From Mobula hypostoma (Eukaryota), in assembly GCF_963921235.1 (NCBI RefSeq), contig NC_086108.1, positions 85,438,001 to 85,502,000 of the forward strand: 64,000 nucleotides of DNA. Direction: 5' to 3'. Each line of letters begins with the position of its first letter. Position 1 is the stretch's first letter. Made by a program: the position numbers and the translations under genes. Positions 37,280-48,603 of this stretch are shown one piece after another. The notes beneath the pieces are model-generated. The model saw nothing but the letters and a program-made list of their open reading frames with translations, searched no databases and was not told the origin of the DNA.

Positions 37280-38830
37280 CCTACCAATTACGTTTATTAT
37301 TTCCAACATGTCAGTCCACGGCCTCCTCTTGTGCCATGATGAGGCCACCCTCAGGGTGGGGGAGAAACATTTTATATTCTGTCTGGTTAGTCACCAAACT
37401 GATGGCATGAATATCAATCTCTCCTTCCATTAAAAACATTTTCCCTCCACCCAGAGTGGCAGGCGGTGACTAGTGGGGTACCGCAAGGCTCAGTGCTGGG
37501 ACCCCAGTTGTTTACAATATATATTAATGACTTGGATGAGGGAATTAAATGCAGCATCTCCAAGTTTGCGGATGACACGAAGCTGGGCGGCAGTGTTAGC
37601 AGTGAGGAGGATGCTAAGAGGATGCAGGGTGACTTGGATAGGTTGGGTGAGTGGGCAAACTCATGGCAGATGCAATTTAATGTGGATAAATGTGAAGTTA
37701 TCCACTTTGGTGGCAAAAATAGGAAAACAGATTATTACCTGAATGGTGGCCGATTAGGAAAAGGGGAGGTGCAACGAGACCTGGGTGTCATTATACACCA
37801 GTCATTGAAAGTGGGCATGCAGGTACAGCAGGCGGTGAAAAAGGCGAATGGTATGCTGGCATTTATAGCGAGAGGATTCGAGTACAGGAGCAGGGAGGTA
37901 CTACTGCAGTTGTACAAGGCCTTGGTGAGACCACACCTGGAGTATTGTGTGCAGTTTTGGTCCCCTAATCTGAGGAAAGACATCTTTGCCATAGAGGGAG
38001 TACAAAGAAGGTTCACCAGATTGATTCCTGGGATGGCAGGACTTTCATATGATGAAAGACTGAATCGACTAGGCTTATACCCTCTGGAATTTAGAAGATT
38101 GAGGTGGGATCTTATTGAAACGTATAAAATCCTAAAGGGATTGGACAGGCTAGATGCAGGAAGATTGTTCCCCATGTTGGGGAAGTCCAGAATGAGGGGT
38201 CACAGTTTGAGGATAAAGGGGAAGCCCTTTAGGACCGAGATGAGGAAAACCTTCTTCACACAGAGAGTGATGAATCTGTGGAATTCTCTGCCACAGGAAA
38301 CAGTTGAGGCCAGTTCATTGGCTATGTTTAAGAGGGAGTTAGATATGGCCCTTGTGGCTACGGGGGTCAGGGGGTATGGAGGGAAGGCTGGGGCGGGGTT
38401 CTGAGTTGGATGATCAGCCATGATCATAATAAATGGCGGTGCAGGCTCGAAGGGCCGAATGGCCTACTCCTGCACCTATTTTCTATGTTTCTTCTTCTAT
38501 TCCCAACTCTGGCTTCTTACCCCTTCTCACCTATCACCTCCCCTCCCTTTCTCCTGTGGTTCACTCTCCTCTCGTGTCAGATACTTTCCTCTTCAGCCCT
38601 TTACCGTTCCTATCCACCTGGCTTCACCCACCACCTTCTAGCTCTCCTCCTTTCCCTTCCCCCAACTTTTTATTCTAGTGTCTCACCCCCTTCCTTTCCA
38701 GTCCTAAAGAAGGGCCTTGGCCCAATACGTCGACTGTTTATTCATTTCCATAGATGCTGCCTGACCTACCGAGTTCCTCCAGCATTTTGCTTTGGATTTC
38801 CAGAATCTGCAGAATTTCTCACATTTATCC
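37280..38830 (+). mobile_element. Penelope-like family-1 3' fragment split by a CR1 insertion
   Basis: GIY-YIG C-terminal remnant at about 37305-37420; pLTR at about 38495-38825 with a degenerate hammerhead at 38699-38736. Confidence 0.7.
37452..38492 (+). mobile_element. Young 5'-truncated CR1 LINE with an open RT C-terminal frame
   Basis: ORF 37466..38404 (312 aa) uninterrupted from TSGVPQGSVLGP and KFADDTK to FFTQRVMNLWNSLP; tail tttctatgtttc. Confidence 0.95.
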
Positions 38831-39810
38831 CATCTAGTACGTTGTGCGTTTTTAATGCTACAGAATGGAATTGAATTTTGAGGTACCTATTCCTTCGTCT
38901 AAATCATTGGTAAGTAGAATGAAAACCTCAGGCCTTGCTACAGTTCTCTGAGAAATGTCATTAATAGCATTCTGTTAATTGGAATACATATCCATTATCC
39001 TCCCACCTCCTAATGCCCTAACCATTTTAGTAAGTTGAATAAAAATCCACGCAACTAACAAAATAAAAACCTGGCATTTATCCAACACTTTTTATGCAGT
39101 AAAATGTTAGCAGAAAGTTCCCATGAACATTATCAAATGAAACTTGATAGGTGAGAACTATTATTTACCAAAAGCATAGGTAAAGAAAGAGGTTTTAAAG
39201 AGCATCTTAACAGGAAGGTTGAGACTAGAATGTGAGGCAAAGTGATTTGGAGAAGAAATCCTAGAGCACAAGGTGTAGTGAGTAAAGGAATGATAGTCAG
39301 CTGTGGAGAGAAGCAAAACCAGGAGCACGAAAGAGGTCAGAATTAGAGGAGCATCGATAAGGGAGGGGAGGTGTGAGGATATGGAAGCAAGCCTCACTCA
39401 AAGTAACATTACCCTCCAAAACAAAGCTTTAGAAAATGCTTTAGTTGCATTTGCTTAGTAATATTCTCCCAGCTACTGAACTGGTAAAATTTCCCAGCTC
39501 CTCCAAAAGATTCAACAGATTTTGCAAGTTTCCCCACAACAGACCTGTTTCTTTTTCTCTCTCTCTCACCCCAGTAAAATAACATAGTGTTGGGGCAATT
39601 TTCTAACATCAGGGACAATTCTCTAAGTAGGAGAGTTTGGGCAGATTGCAAGTAAAACATCTGCAGTTTCCTCATCCGATTCCTTGAGATGGAAACCATG
39701 ATGATCTTCATTTTCATTATTTTCTCCAAAATCATTTATGTACTTGAAATTATTGAATTTCTCATCTTAAGTTATTTTTAGTTTCCTTCTTTTAACTCAT
39801 CCAAAAGGTT

Positions 39811-39932
39811 GCAGCAGTTCCTGAGAGCTGCACATCAGTGTCAGGCCAAATTATGTGCTTAAGGTTCTAGAGAGCAACTTGAAACTGTAAACCTTCAAAT
39901 GTGGAAATCAGAGTGCTGCCTCTGAGCCAAGA
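39811..39932 (-). mobile_element. Deu-domain SINE 5' part (tRNA-like head)
   Basis: gcagcagttcctgagagctgcacatcagtgtcaggccaaattatgtgcttaagg ... cttgaaac ... agagtgctgcctctgagcca; reversed A-box and B-box like motifs. Confidence 0.55.
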
Positions 39933-40087
39933 TTGCTTGGTGTTGCTTTTATAGCTGGAGGAAGGTCAGGCTGTTACTTTGCAGAACATCAAAATATTGG
40001 AGGGGATGGTGATTATTAAGTTTGTTGGTGGATACCCATATCAGAGATTCTGGATTATACATTTTCTCCATTCTTGGGTACCAGCTC

Positions 40088-41235
40088 TCAAAGTTCAAAG
40101 TTCAAGTTAAATTTATTAGCAAGGTACGTATAGGTCACCTTGAGAGTGTGATGGGATCCTGAATTATCCCTATGAACTGTGCTTTTAAAAAGAGAGAGAG
40201 AGAGTTGTTCAACACAAGCACCTTGTTATTAAGTAAGAGAGAGGCGAAGACTGCTCACAGTTTGTTTGGAATTTCTGCAAGGGCACTGGCAGCTTCTAAG
40301 TTCCTACAGAGAGAGAAGGGAGGAGCTATTTGATGGACAGCTGGTGTTCAGAACAACAGTACTTAAACCAGCGTAATTGTTTGTTTCGGGGGACATGCAG
40401 ACGAACGAGGGTGTGATGAAGTTACCACTATCCTGTCCAGGTGCCCATGAGTGTGGGACTGAGGATCGATTCTGAGGGATCGATCTGTGATCATGAAAGA
40501 GCGACCCTGTGGAGTCTACTGGTGTGTCTAACCCTCTCCTGGGTTGGTAGACTATCACTCGAAGACGGTGCTCTTAAGTTGGTCAAGTTTGGCTAACTTG
40601 GAAGTTTCGGAGGACAACGGGAAGATTGATGGCATCAGCTCACCTGAAGAACTAAACCTCTCTCTCTCCATCACTGTTCAACTCAATACCACGAACTGAA
40701 CTGAACTTTACTCATCACTGTAAGATTGTATCCATTTACCCCTAGGCTTGAAGAAGCTTGTTTTTTATATATTTCCACACATATATATAATCATTGCTAA
40801 CCTGTTTGACTTATGGAATTTTATATTACTGTATTGCGTAGTTACTAATAAATATCATTAGTTAATAGCAATACCAGACTCCAAAGTGTTTTCTATTTCT
40901 GCTGGTTCTTTAACCCGTCATACGGTACGTGACAAGAGTCATTTTATTGCAGGCATTTACAGAAAGATAAAGAAATACAATAGAATCTATGAACAGCTAC
41001 AAATAACAAACTATAAATAATAAGGACTGACAAACAATGTGCAAATGAAGGCAAATCATGCAAGTAATAAAAAAAGTAAAAAAGTAAATAAATACTACCG
41101 AGAACATGAGTTGTCGAGTTTGAAAGTGAGTCTATGGGCTACGGAGTCTGCTCAGAGTTGAGATAAGTGAAGTTGTTCACTCAGGTTCGGGAGCCTGATG
41201 GTTGTAGGGTAATAACCATTCCTGAACCTGTTGTC
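40088..41235 (-). mobile_element. Rex1-type 3' tail split by a solo LTR
   Basis: (caaagtt)n tail at about 40090; reverse-complement similarity to 24060-24481. Confidence 0.55.
40147..40934 (+). mobile_element. Solo LTR (788 bp)
   Basis: TGT...ACA termini, 4-bp TSD agag (40143-40146, 40935-40938), AATAAA at about 40847; interrupts another repeat cleanly. Confidence 0.75.
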
Positions 41236-41941
41236 TTGACATCTGTCAGGGACAGTGAACATAAAACAGGAATGCCTGCTCATTGCAAGTGAACTGAATC
41301 TGGAAGTATTAGCAAAATCATTAAAGATAATATGGTTTCAGTGATTAGCTTAATATCATGAAATGGAATTTGTAACCTAAAAATGGATAAATTTGATATT
41401 AAACAGGAATTAAGTCCACTTAGTTGGTTTGAAAAGGCTTACTGTGGATAAATATGTGGATAGTTTTATCAAATTAAGGAGGATGTTAGTATACTGATTA
41501 GATTACTGGACAAGTGTTCTCCCATAGAGTTGTGATCTATAACCTCCTGTATGTTTCTAACATTTCTATAGAAGGCACAAAATACCAGCCCGTGTCAGCA
41601 TCCCCAGCACCTTGACCCAAAGTATTTCTCTGGCTATGGCATTCATTTGGCTGAAACCAGATCCTTGAAACAGACACTATATTCCAAATTTTGTCATGGG
41701 AGTAGCTTATGAGGTAGACAGAGGAAAGGATTCAGGGTATGCTCAAAGGTTCATTGAGGAAATGACTCTGAGGAATATCTGGCCTACAGCTTTCTCAAAG
41801 TAGAGAAAGAGAAGCTGGGATGGTAATGAGAACTTCATAGCCACTGATAGAGTGCCTAATGAAGTCCTGCATAAACAATGGAAAGATCGCATCACTTTTA
41901 AAATAAAACAGTTATCTCCTGCCCAATCAGGGACTCACTAC

Positions 41942-42151
41942 AAGCAAGAGAAAATCTACAGATGCTGGAAATCCGAGCAACAAACATAAAATGCTGGAGG
42001 AACTCAGCAGGCCGGGCACCATCTAGGAAAAGAGTACAGTCGACATTTCGGGCCAAAATGTCCTGCCGAAGGATTTCAGCCTGAAACATCGGCTGTGCTA
42101 GATGCTATCTGGCCTGCTGAATTCCTCCAGCATTCTGTGTTTGTTGCACAA
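41942..42151. mobile_element. Fold-back family-1 pLTR insertion
   Basis: Minus arm about 41942-42058 and plus arm about 42060-42147; flanks actcactac / actctctac (8/9). Confidence 0.75.
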
Positions 42152-42529
42152 ACTCTCTACCCTAGCTGTGGAAGAGTGAGCAGTTCCCATGCTGGTTACA
42201 TCTCAGAACCCGCAGAACTGGAAACTCAGCCTTGTTTTCAAGGAACTGCTCAAGTAGAAGAAATGCAATTCAGATACTTGGATGTACCACCTAGAGGCAC
42301 GAGTTTAAATTTCCTTCACAGATGGAGCACTTAAACTCAAAAGATATATTAACAATATCAAATCTCAGTAATGGTGAGCAAGAGGCTACAGATTGCCATA
42401 AAAACTCCCTGGTTCTTTAATATATTTTAGGGAATGGAGTCTTCTTGTCTAACATGGCTAAGGACTCCACAACTCATGTTCTCAATCTTCACTTATCTAT
42501 TTTTCCATATATATATATCTCAATGAAAA

Positions 42530-43332
42530 TGTCGTGGTCCGACCCGTGAAGTCCGCATTCTGGTTCACGGTCCAGTCCATCAATTCCTTATTCCGGGTTT
42601 TCCTGTTTTCCGTTGTCCCATTGGGTGCCTTAATTGCACCTGATTCTCGTTTTGGTCTGGCACATAAATATCTCTCAAACCAAGGATTCCCTGCTGGACT
42701 GTTCCTTTCCCCTTCCTTCTGAAGTCTTGTCTGCATCCTTGTTAAGTTCAACTGCTGGAGTCAGATTGGAGCCTTGCCATGCTAAGATAAGGAACTATCT
42801 ATTGTTGAGTTTGGAATTATCTCTTTGTGTCCCTGTGTTTAGTGTCTGTGTCAAAAAAGAGTCCTGGCCTGAAGTCATGTTCCCAAGGAGGGGTCCTGGC
42901 TCTGTGGTTCTGTGCTCCTGTGTTCCAAGTTCCGGGTGCTGTGTTCCACCCCTGACCAAATCTGAGCTTTGTATCCTCATCTAGTTCTGATGCCTCGCCC
43001 AGACCAGGAGTCCTGTGCTGGGGAACCTTGTCCTGTGCTGGGATTCTTCGTCCTGTCCTGCAGCCAGGTTCTGAGTCCTTGTCCAGGCTCTGGTTCCAGA
43101 GTTCTGAGTTCCTAGTCCTGGCTCCTTGTTCCTAGTTCCATGTCCGGGTCCTGTGTTTCTAGTCCAAGTCTTAGCCCAGGCCCTGAATCCTAGTCTCGGC
43201 CAGGGCTTGTGTCCCTGTCCAGCGTCGTTTCTTCCTTGCTCACCTTGCTATCTCGATAACCCTTGTCCTGTTCCTAGTACTTCAGTGTCTGTGTCTTTCA
43301 TTTGGGTCTGCTCCCAATGCCCTCATGTAACA
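42530..43332. mobile_element. Solo LTR (803 bp), Gypsy-like
   Basis: TGT...ACA termini, 5-bp TSD gaaaa (42525-42529, 43333-43337), internal short repeats rich in tcctg and tcctag. Confidence 0.8.
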
Positions 43333-43487
43333 GAAAAGCTACACAGAAACAAAGCCTAACAAACAACCAATGGCAAAAGAAGACAAACTATACAAATTTT
43401 TCTTTGTATTTGCATTCTATTGCATTCCTTTGCTCTACTGTGAATACCTGTAAGGAAATGACTATCAGGGTAGTATATAATGACATA

Positions 43488-43554
43488 CAGTACTGTGCAA
43501 AAGTCCTAGGCACATGTATAGAGCTAGGGTGCCAAAGGCTTTTGGACAGTACTG
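43488..43554. mobile_element. Tc1/mariner-type mini-MITE (67 bp)
   Basis: TA-cagtactgtgcaaaagtcctaggcac ... gtgccaaaggcttttggacagtactg-TA; 26-bp imperfect TIRs. Confidence 0.75.
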
Positions 43555-43940
43555 TAGTAATTGTATTTATTACATTGTACAACTGCTGCGGCAAGCAAAA
43601 CAAATTTCATGACATGTGAGTGAAGATAAACCTGATTCTGATACGGGTCTCTATTGTGGACTGAGAGTGGGAAGTTTGCAAGGAGAGGGGAATTATGGTT
43701 GAGAAAAGGGGAAGGGAGAGGGAAGCATCAGAGATACATTCTGTATTGATCAATAAACCAATTGCTTGGAACCAAATGACCTTGCCTGGTGTTTCAGGGC
43801 TGAGTGTGTCAGCACCCGTGCCAGCCCCTGATCCTGGCACTCCTCCTCTGCCCCCCTACGGCCCTTGAACTTCACCATTCCCAACATCCTTTGCTCCTAC
43901 CAGACTTAGAAACTCTCTCTACCCACCATGTAGACAAATA

Positions 43941-43965
43941 CAGTACAGTGCAAGAGTCTTGGGTA

Positions 43966-44001
<36 letters not shown>

Positions 44002-44023
44002 CTAAAACTTTTGCAGAGTACTG
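43941..44023. mobile_element. Second copy of the mini-MITE, with a (TA)n core
   Basis: TA-cagtacagtgcaagagtcttggg ... (ta)n ... cctaaaacttttgcagagtactg-TA. Confidence 0.7.
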
Positions 44024-45254
44024 TACTTGCTTTGATAATAAATTTCCGTTGAGCTTTGTTGTGACTCCACACCAAGAACAATGTGGTTAGATCTTAACTG
44101 TCACCTCAATTCAGGGGTAGTTGGAAATATCATCCTTGCCACTGAAACAGGTAACATGTGACAGTATAAAAGTGAAAGCAGATCAGAAATATCACAATAT
44201 GACAGTCTAGTGGAGGAAACGAACATAAAAGAATAATTCAAAATGTAAGACATACAGTATACAACTGAAGAATAAGTGAAAGCTGTGATATTCACACTGA
44301 GTTAAATGAATGAAAAGAAAACAAGCTGTGCACAACTTGAAGCAAAAAGTAACTCTTTAGGAGTTCAATAGTTATTATATCACTGTAAAGGGATATTAAA
44401 TGCATAGCAGCCCCAGGGGGCGAGTATAATTAAAGGTGTTAAACACAATGCATTGTAAAACTAGCCTGGTATCACAACAGCAAACAAGCGATTGAAGAGG
44501 AGGTTCCCACTGTAAAAGATAAAAGTAGCTGCAAAGTTCAGTGATAAAGTAGTTTAAATATGACATGAATATTTTGTACAAGTATTCACTGGAGAGGGTA
44601 AAGTAAACTTCCTGGCCAGTTACTGTAGTACACAATGTGCCACAGAGGATATTGAAGCCAGTGTGGTTGGCGGGTTGAGGACAGGACTTCGTAACAAATC
44701 TCCAAGGGCTATTGGTGTGTATCTTTAGATGCTGAGGAAGCTCAAGGAGGAAATTTATGGTGTAGTCACTCAAAGAATTGCTGAGCACTGGCGCGGATAT
44801 ACAGAGAAAGCTAACAGATTTAAAAAGTGTGACAAAAATAACTCAAGTATGTGCATGGCCATTAATCTAAGAGATTCTGTTGTATGGGATGGGATGGAAG
44901 AGCACCTGCACAGTAGTAACTTAATAAGCAGGTGACAACAAGGATTTAGATGTCTGTCGCACCAATTTCATTTACTTCTTTGGATAGTTGCAGAAACGGT
45001 AGATCATGTTATTCCCAAGGTATATTATTTCTAAAGCTCTGGAAAGCTTGTGATGAAGTTTTATTCATAACACTTCAAATTAAAGGCCACGGAGACCAGA
45101 GGTAATGCAATATCTTTGCAAGACTGCACATGGAACATCTTATCAGTTTTGTCCACTACAGTGTAAAAAGATAGACTTGTATTAGAAGGAATATGAAAAG
45201 CGCCAAGATGAATTCAAGTGTAAAGTTAGGTAATTGATGAAGAAGAATCAAAGG

Positions 45255-45442
45255 GAATTGATAAGAGGAGAATTAATTATCTTTTTTCTTATTATACATT
45301 CTATATCAGATTAATACTATGCATGATTTTGATAATGTTCATTTCACCTTTATGTGCTGTATTATTATTGATATATATTTGAGATAATTCTCCTCTTGTT
45401 TGTATATATGCCATTTTTAGATCAATAAAAAGATTATAAAAA
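45255..45442 (+). mobile_element. Retroposed AT-rich 3' fragment (L1/Tx1-like tail or processed 3' UTR)
   Basis: 15-bp TSD aagaagaatcaaagg (45240-45254, 45443-45457); AATAAA followed by an A-rich end. Confidence 0.65.
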
Positions 45443-46085
45443 AAGAAGAATCAAAGGAAATAGAAATTCGACAAACTTTAATTGATGTTACGCAATGGTT
45501 TGGACTTTACTGGAAAATGCTAGCAGTCTCTAAGTTAAGACAACAGGAAGCATTCATTTCATGATATCAATGCCATAACTTTTAGCTTCTGTACAGCACA
45601 GACATGTAGAAATACATAAAGTCTTTGGAAACAACTTGACAGTTGGGAAATCTGGAACTACAAATCAGACAAATCTCAAATGTTGAATTGTACATGTGCT
45701 TAATCTGGTGTCCCAAAATGAAGACTTAATGGCTATCAGGTCCCTGCTACTCCACCTGGTCTGGCCTTTTCTGATCAGAACAGCACTTACTGTGCTGCTT
45801 AATGCTGGTTTTCACCATGCGCCCTATCTGATCAATATATTCTGCTCCACATTCACAGAACATCCTGTAAACACCAGCCGATCTAAGTCCCAGGTCATAT
45901 TTGATGCCTATAAGCTGTGACTTGGACTTCCTTATGGGTTTGTGGATGGTATTAATCTGCTGTTTCTTCAGGATCCTGGTGACCCTTCCAGAAACCGTGG
46001 AAATATAGGGAAGACAGGTGGTAGTGGTGGGTTCCTCCACATTGTTAGTTTTCCTTGTTTTTCCATTGACATTTTTAAGGGCCCT

Positions 46086-46179
46086 CACACACAAAATGCC
46101 TGAGGAACTCAGCAGGCCAGGCAGCATCTATGGCAAAAAGTACAGTCGCTGTTTTGGGCTGAAACCCTTCGGCAGGGCC
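46086..46179 (-). mobile_element. Short family-1 pLTR unit nested in the family-2 element
   Basis: cacacacaaaatgcctgaggaactcagcagg ... gggctgaaacccttcggcagg interrupts the sequence that reads aagggcctaattg at about 4976. Confidence 0.7.
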
Positions 46180-46841
46180 TGATTGCTTTCCTTCACCTTG
46201 TAACCATTCTGTAGGAGTAAATAATAAATAAAAAAAAAATAACAATTACGCATGACTTCCCTACAGAATGGCTACAAGATGAAGGAAATCAATTAGGCCT
46301 TTGAAAGGGCCAATGAAAAAGTCAAGAAACCTAACAACAAGGAGGAATCCATCGCTGCTCCCTGTATTCCCACAGTTTCTAGAAGTATTGCCAGGATCCC
46401 GAAGAAATACTGGATTAATACCACCCGCAAACCCGTAAGGAAGCTCAAGTCACAACTCATGCAGGTCAAAGGTGACCTGGGGCTCAGGATGGATGGCATT
46501 TACAGGATTCCCTGTGAATGCAGAGCAGTGTATACCTAGGTTTACCCGGAGAAATCAGCAGTAGCAGAACACTGCATTGGCAATGGCCATAGGACTGACT
46601 TTGCCAGCACAAAATTACTGTGCCGCACCAATGGCTTTTGGGACTGCCTGGTGAATGAAACCATTTAAATAAAGCTGGAGAAAAAGAATTTTAATAAAGA
46701 TGAAAGTCTCACTCTAGGTAAGAACTGGAATTCTATTCCAAACAAGGTGGGAGAGCGGAAACCAATTGGATGAGGATTAGCCAATCAGGAGGGACAGACT
46801 ACGGTGGTATAAATACCACTGGACTAGACGTGACCATGCAT

Positions 46842-46886
46842 CATCCCTGATGAAGATGGCAGAGTTTGTCATTGAAACGTTGGTTG
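46842..46886 (+). ncRNA. Minimal type-I hammerhead ribozyme motif (family 2)
   Basis: CATCC-CTGATGA-A-GATGGCA-GAGTT-TGTCATT-GAAACGTT-GGTTG; 7-bp stem II, ACGU palindrome, imperfect stem I. Confidence 0.65.
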
Positions 46887-47008
46887 TAATCAATACCTAT
46901 ACCTGGCTGGAAACCTGAGGAGTTTATTCGAAAACTCATTCTTCGTGTATATTTAACCTCTCACAATGGCACTAACAAGGATGTTGAAACTTACTTCAAC
47001 TCACCTCC

Positions 47009-47262
47009 TTTAGAAAAACATACAAGTCTTGCTTTCTTCTGCAAAAGTGTAAGGTGTACCAGGATGTAGTGCATGATAGAACGCTGCCTGGCACCTAAAA
47101 CAACACATGGACAGAAAATATTTGCTTTTGTAATTATAAAAGGAAAATGGTAAAGCAGGATCACAGCAATATGCACAAAATGCTGGTGGAATGCAGCAGG
47201 CCAGGCAGCATCTATAGGAAGAGGTACAGTTGACGTTTTGGGCCAAAACCTTCGTCAGGACT
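47009..47262 (+). repeat. Direct duplicate of 48439-48693 (unique flank plus pLTR end)
   Basis: About 250 bp colinear; compare ORFs 46991..47176 and 48463..48804 (both contain VVLGARQRSIMHYILVHLTLLQ). Confidence 0.9.
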
Positions 47263-47299
47263 TATGAATTAAAGCCCATGGGAAGTTAATGGTTGTTTT

Positions 47300-47900
47300 C
47301 TTTTAAGGCAACAACTTGAGGTTGAGGTACATTTGGTTCTTTGTGGTCTGAGGTGACTGATGAACCTGGGGAGTACAGGTGGGGGAATTCGAAGGGCAGG
47401 TGGGTAGGTTGTTTGGATTTGTTGTTAGTGCTTTGCCTCCACATACTTCTGTCAGAAGCACTTGGATTTCCTTCCTGGGTGCTTCTCTGTCAATTTCAAT
47501 GACCGTGGCCTGTGAGGTAGTGAGGATCATACACTTTTTCATCAAGGAAGCTTTGAGGACTTCGTTGAAATGTTTTTTTCCTCTTGCCTTCCTGGAACAT
47601 ATTCATCATGACAGAGTTCAGACTAGAGTAGTTGCTTCCAGAGTCTAAGGCCTGCAGATGAAGTGACTCACTCCTTCATCAGAGCGGCCTGAGAGTGATA
47701 GGGTCTTGATGGAGGGGATGTGTCCAAAAAATAGGTAATGACTTTGGTTTGTTATCCTACCAGTGAGTTTGTACCATTTTGCAGTGGAACATGTTTTCCA
47801 TGTTTTAAAGTGCCTGCTGTAAGCTTTCTATATCTGAGATATACAATGGCATCGCTGCTACTCAGAAGACAATGAGCTTGGTGTTGGGTTTAAGGCCTTG
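47300..47900 (-). mobile_element. Ancient RTE (BovB-like) LINE 3' fragment
   Basis: Minus strand RLWKQLL*SELCH ... KHFNEVLKASLMKKCMI ... DREAPRKEI resembles the RTE C-terminus (RLPKQLLYSEL ... KRFKD.LKASLK). Confidence 0.6.
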
Positions 47901-48603
47901 AGCACTCTTAGTATCTGATACACTGGAAGAAATGGTGATTTCATCAGCAATACTTACTTTGCTAAGAACTGGCTCCTGAGACACAGATGAACTCTTTGGG
48001 GCACATCCCTTTGTACTCTCAAATAATCTTTTCATTCATGTAATGCTAAATGCTTAGAATAATGTCACATCCTGGAGATGCACCAACTTCGTTTAGTTTA
48101 TAGCGCTTTCTTCTCAGTCAGACAAAGTTATTTTTCAAACACTTTCTCAGGATATGAGAAAACATGGTAGGCTGGCACTACAATTTAATATTGAATATTT
48201 GATATATATTTAATATATCTCCATGACTTCATGTCATGTTAACAAATGCCTGCTCACTCAGGTGGACAGTAAATTCCTGCCACAGTTACTTGATAAAATT
48301 CTTTGTACGATTAACACTGCCAGCAAGAGCTTTAGAGAATGAGACATTTATCACTTTCTTATAAACATTCGTATTTATCCTCCCAATAACAAGAACTGCA
48401 CTCAACGTAAACCATTGCAGATTAATGTCTTCAAGTATTTTAGAAAAATGTACAAGTCTTTCTTACTCCTGCAAAAGTGTAAGGTGTACCAGGATGTAGT
48501 GCATGATAGAACGCTGCCTGGCACCTAAAACAACCCACGGATGGAAAATATTTGCTTTTGTAATTATAAAGGGCAAAGGGTAAAGCAGGATCAGGGCAAT
48601 ATG

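Larger units (their letters stand above)
45770..46930. mobile_element. Inverted (head-to-head) pair of Penelope-like family-2 fragments
   Basis: Minus arm about 45770-46226 (ORF 45747..46127 LPYISTVSGR ... AGVYRMFCECGAEYIDQIGR); plus arm about 46240-46930; both homologous to 4289-5050. Confidence 0.85.
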
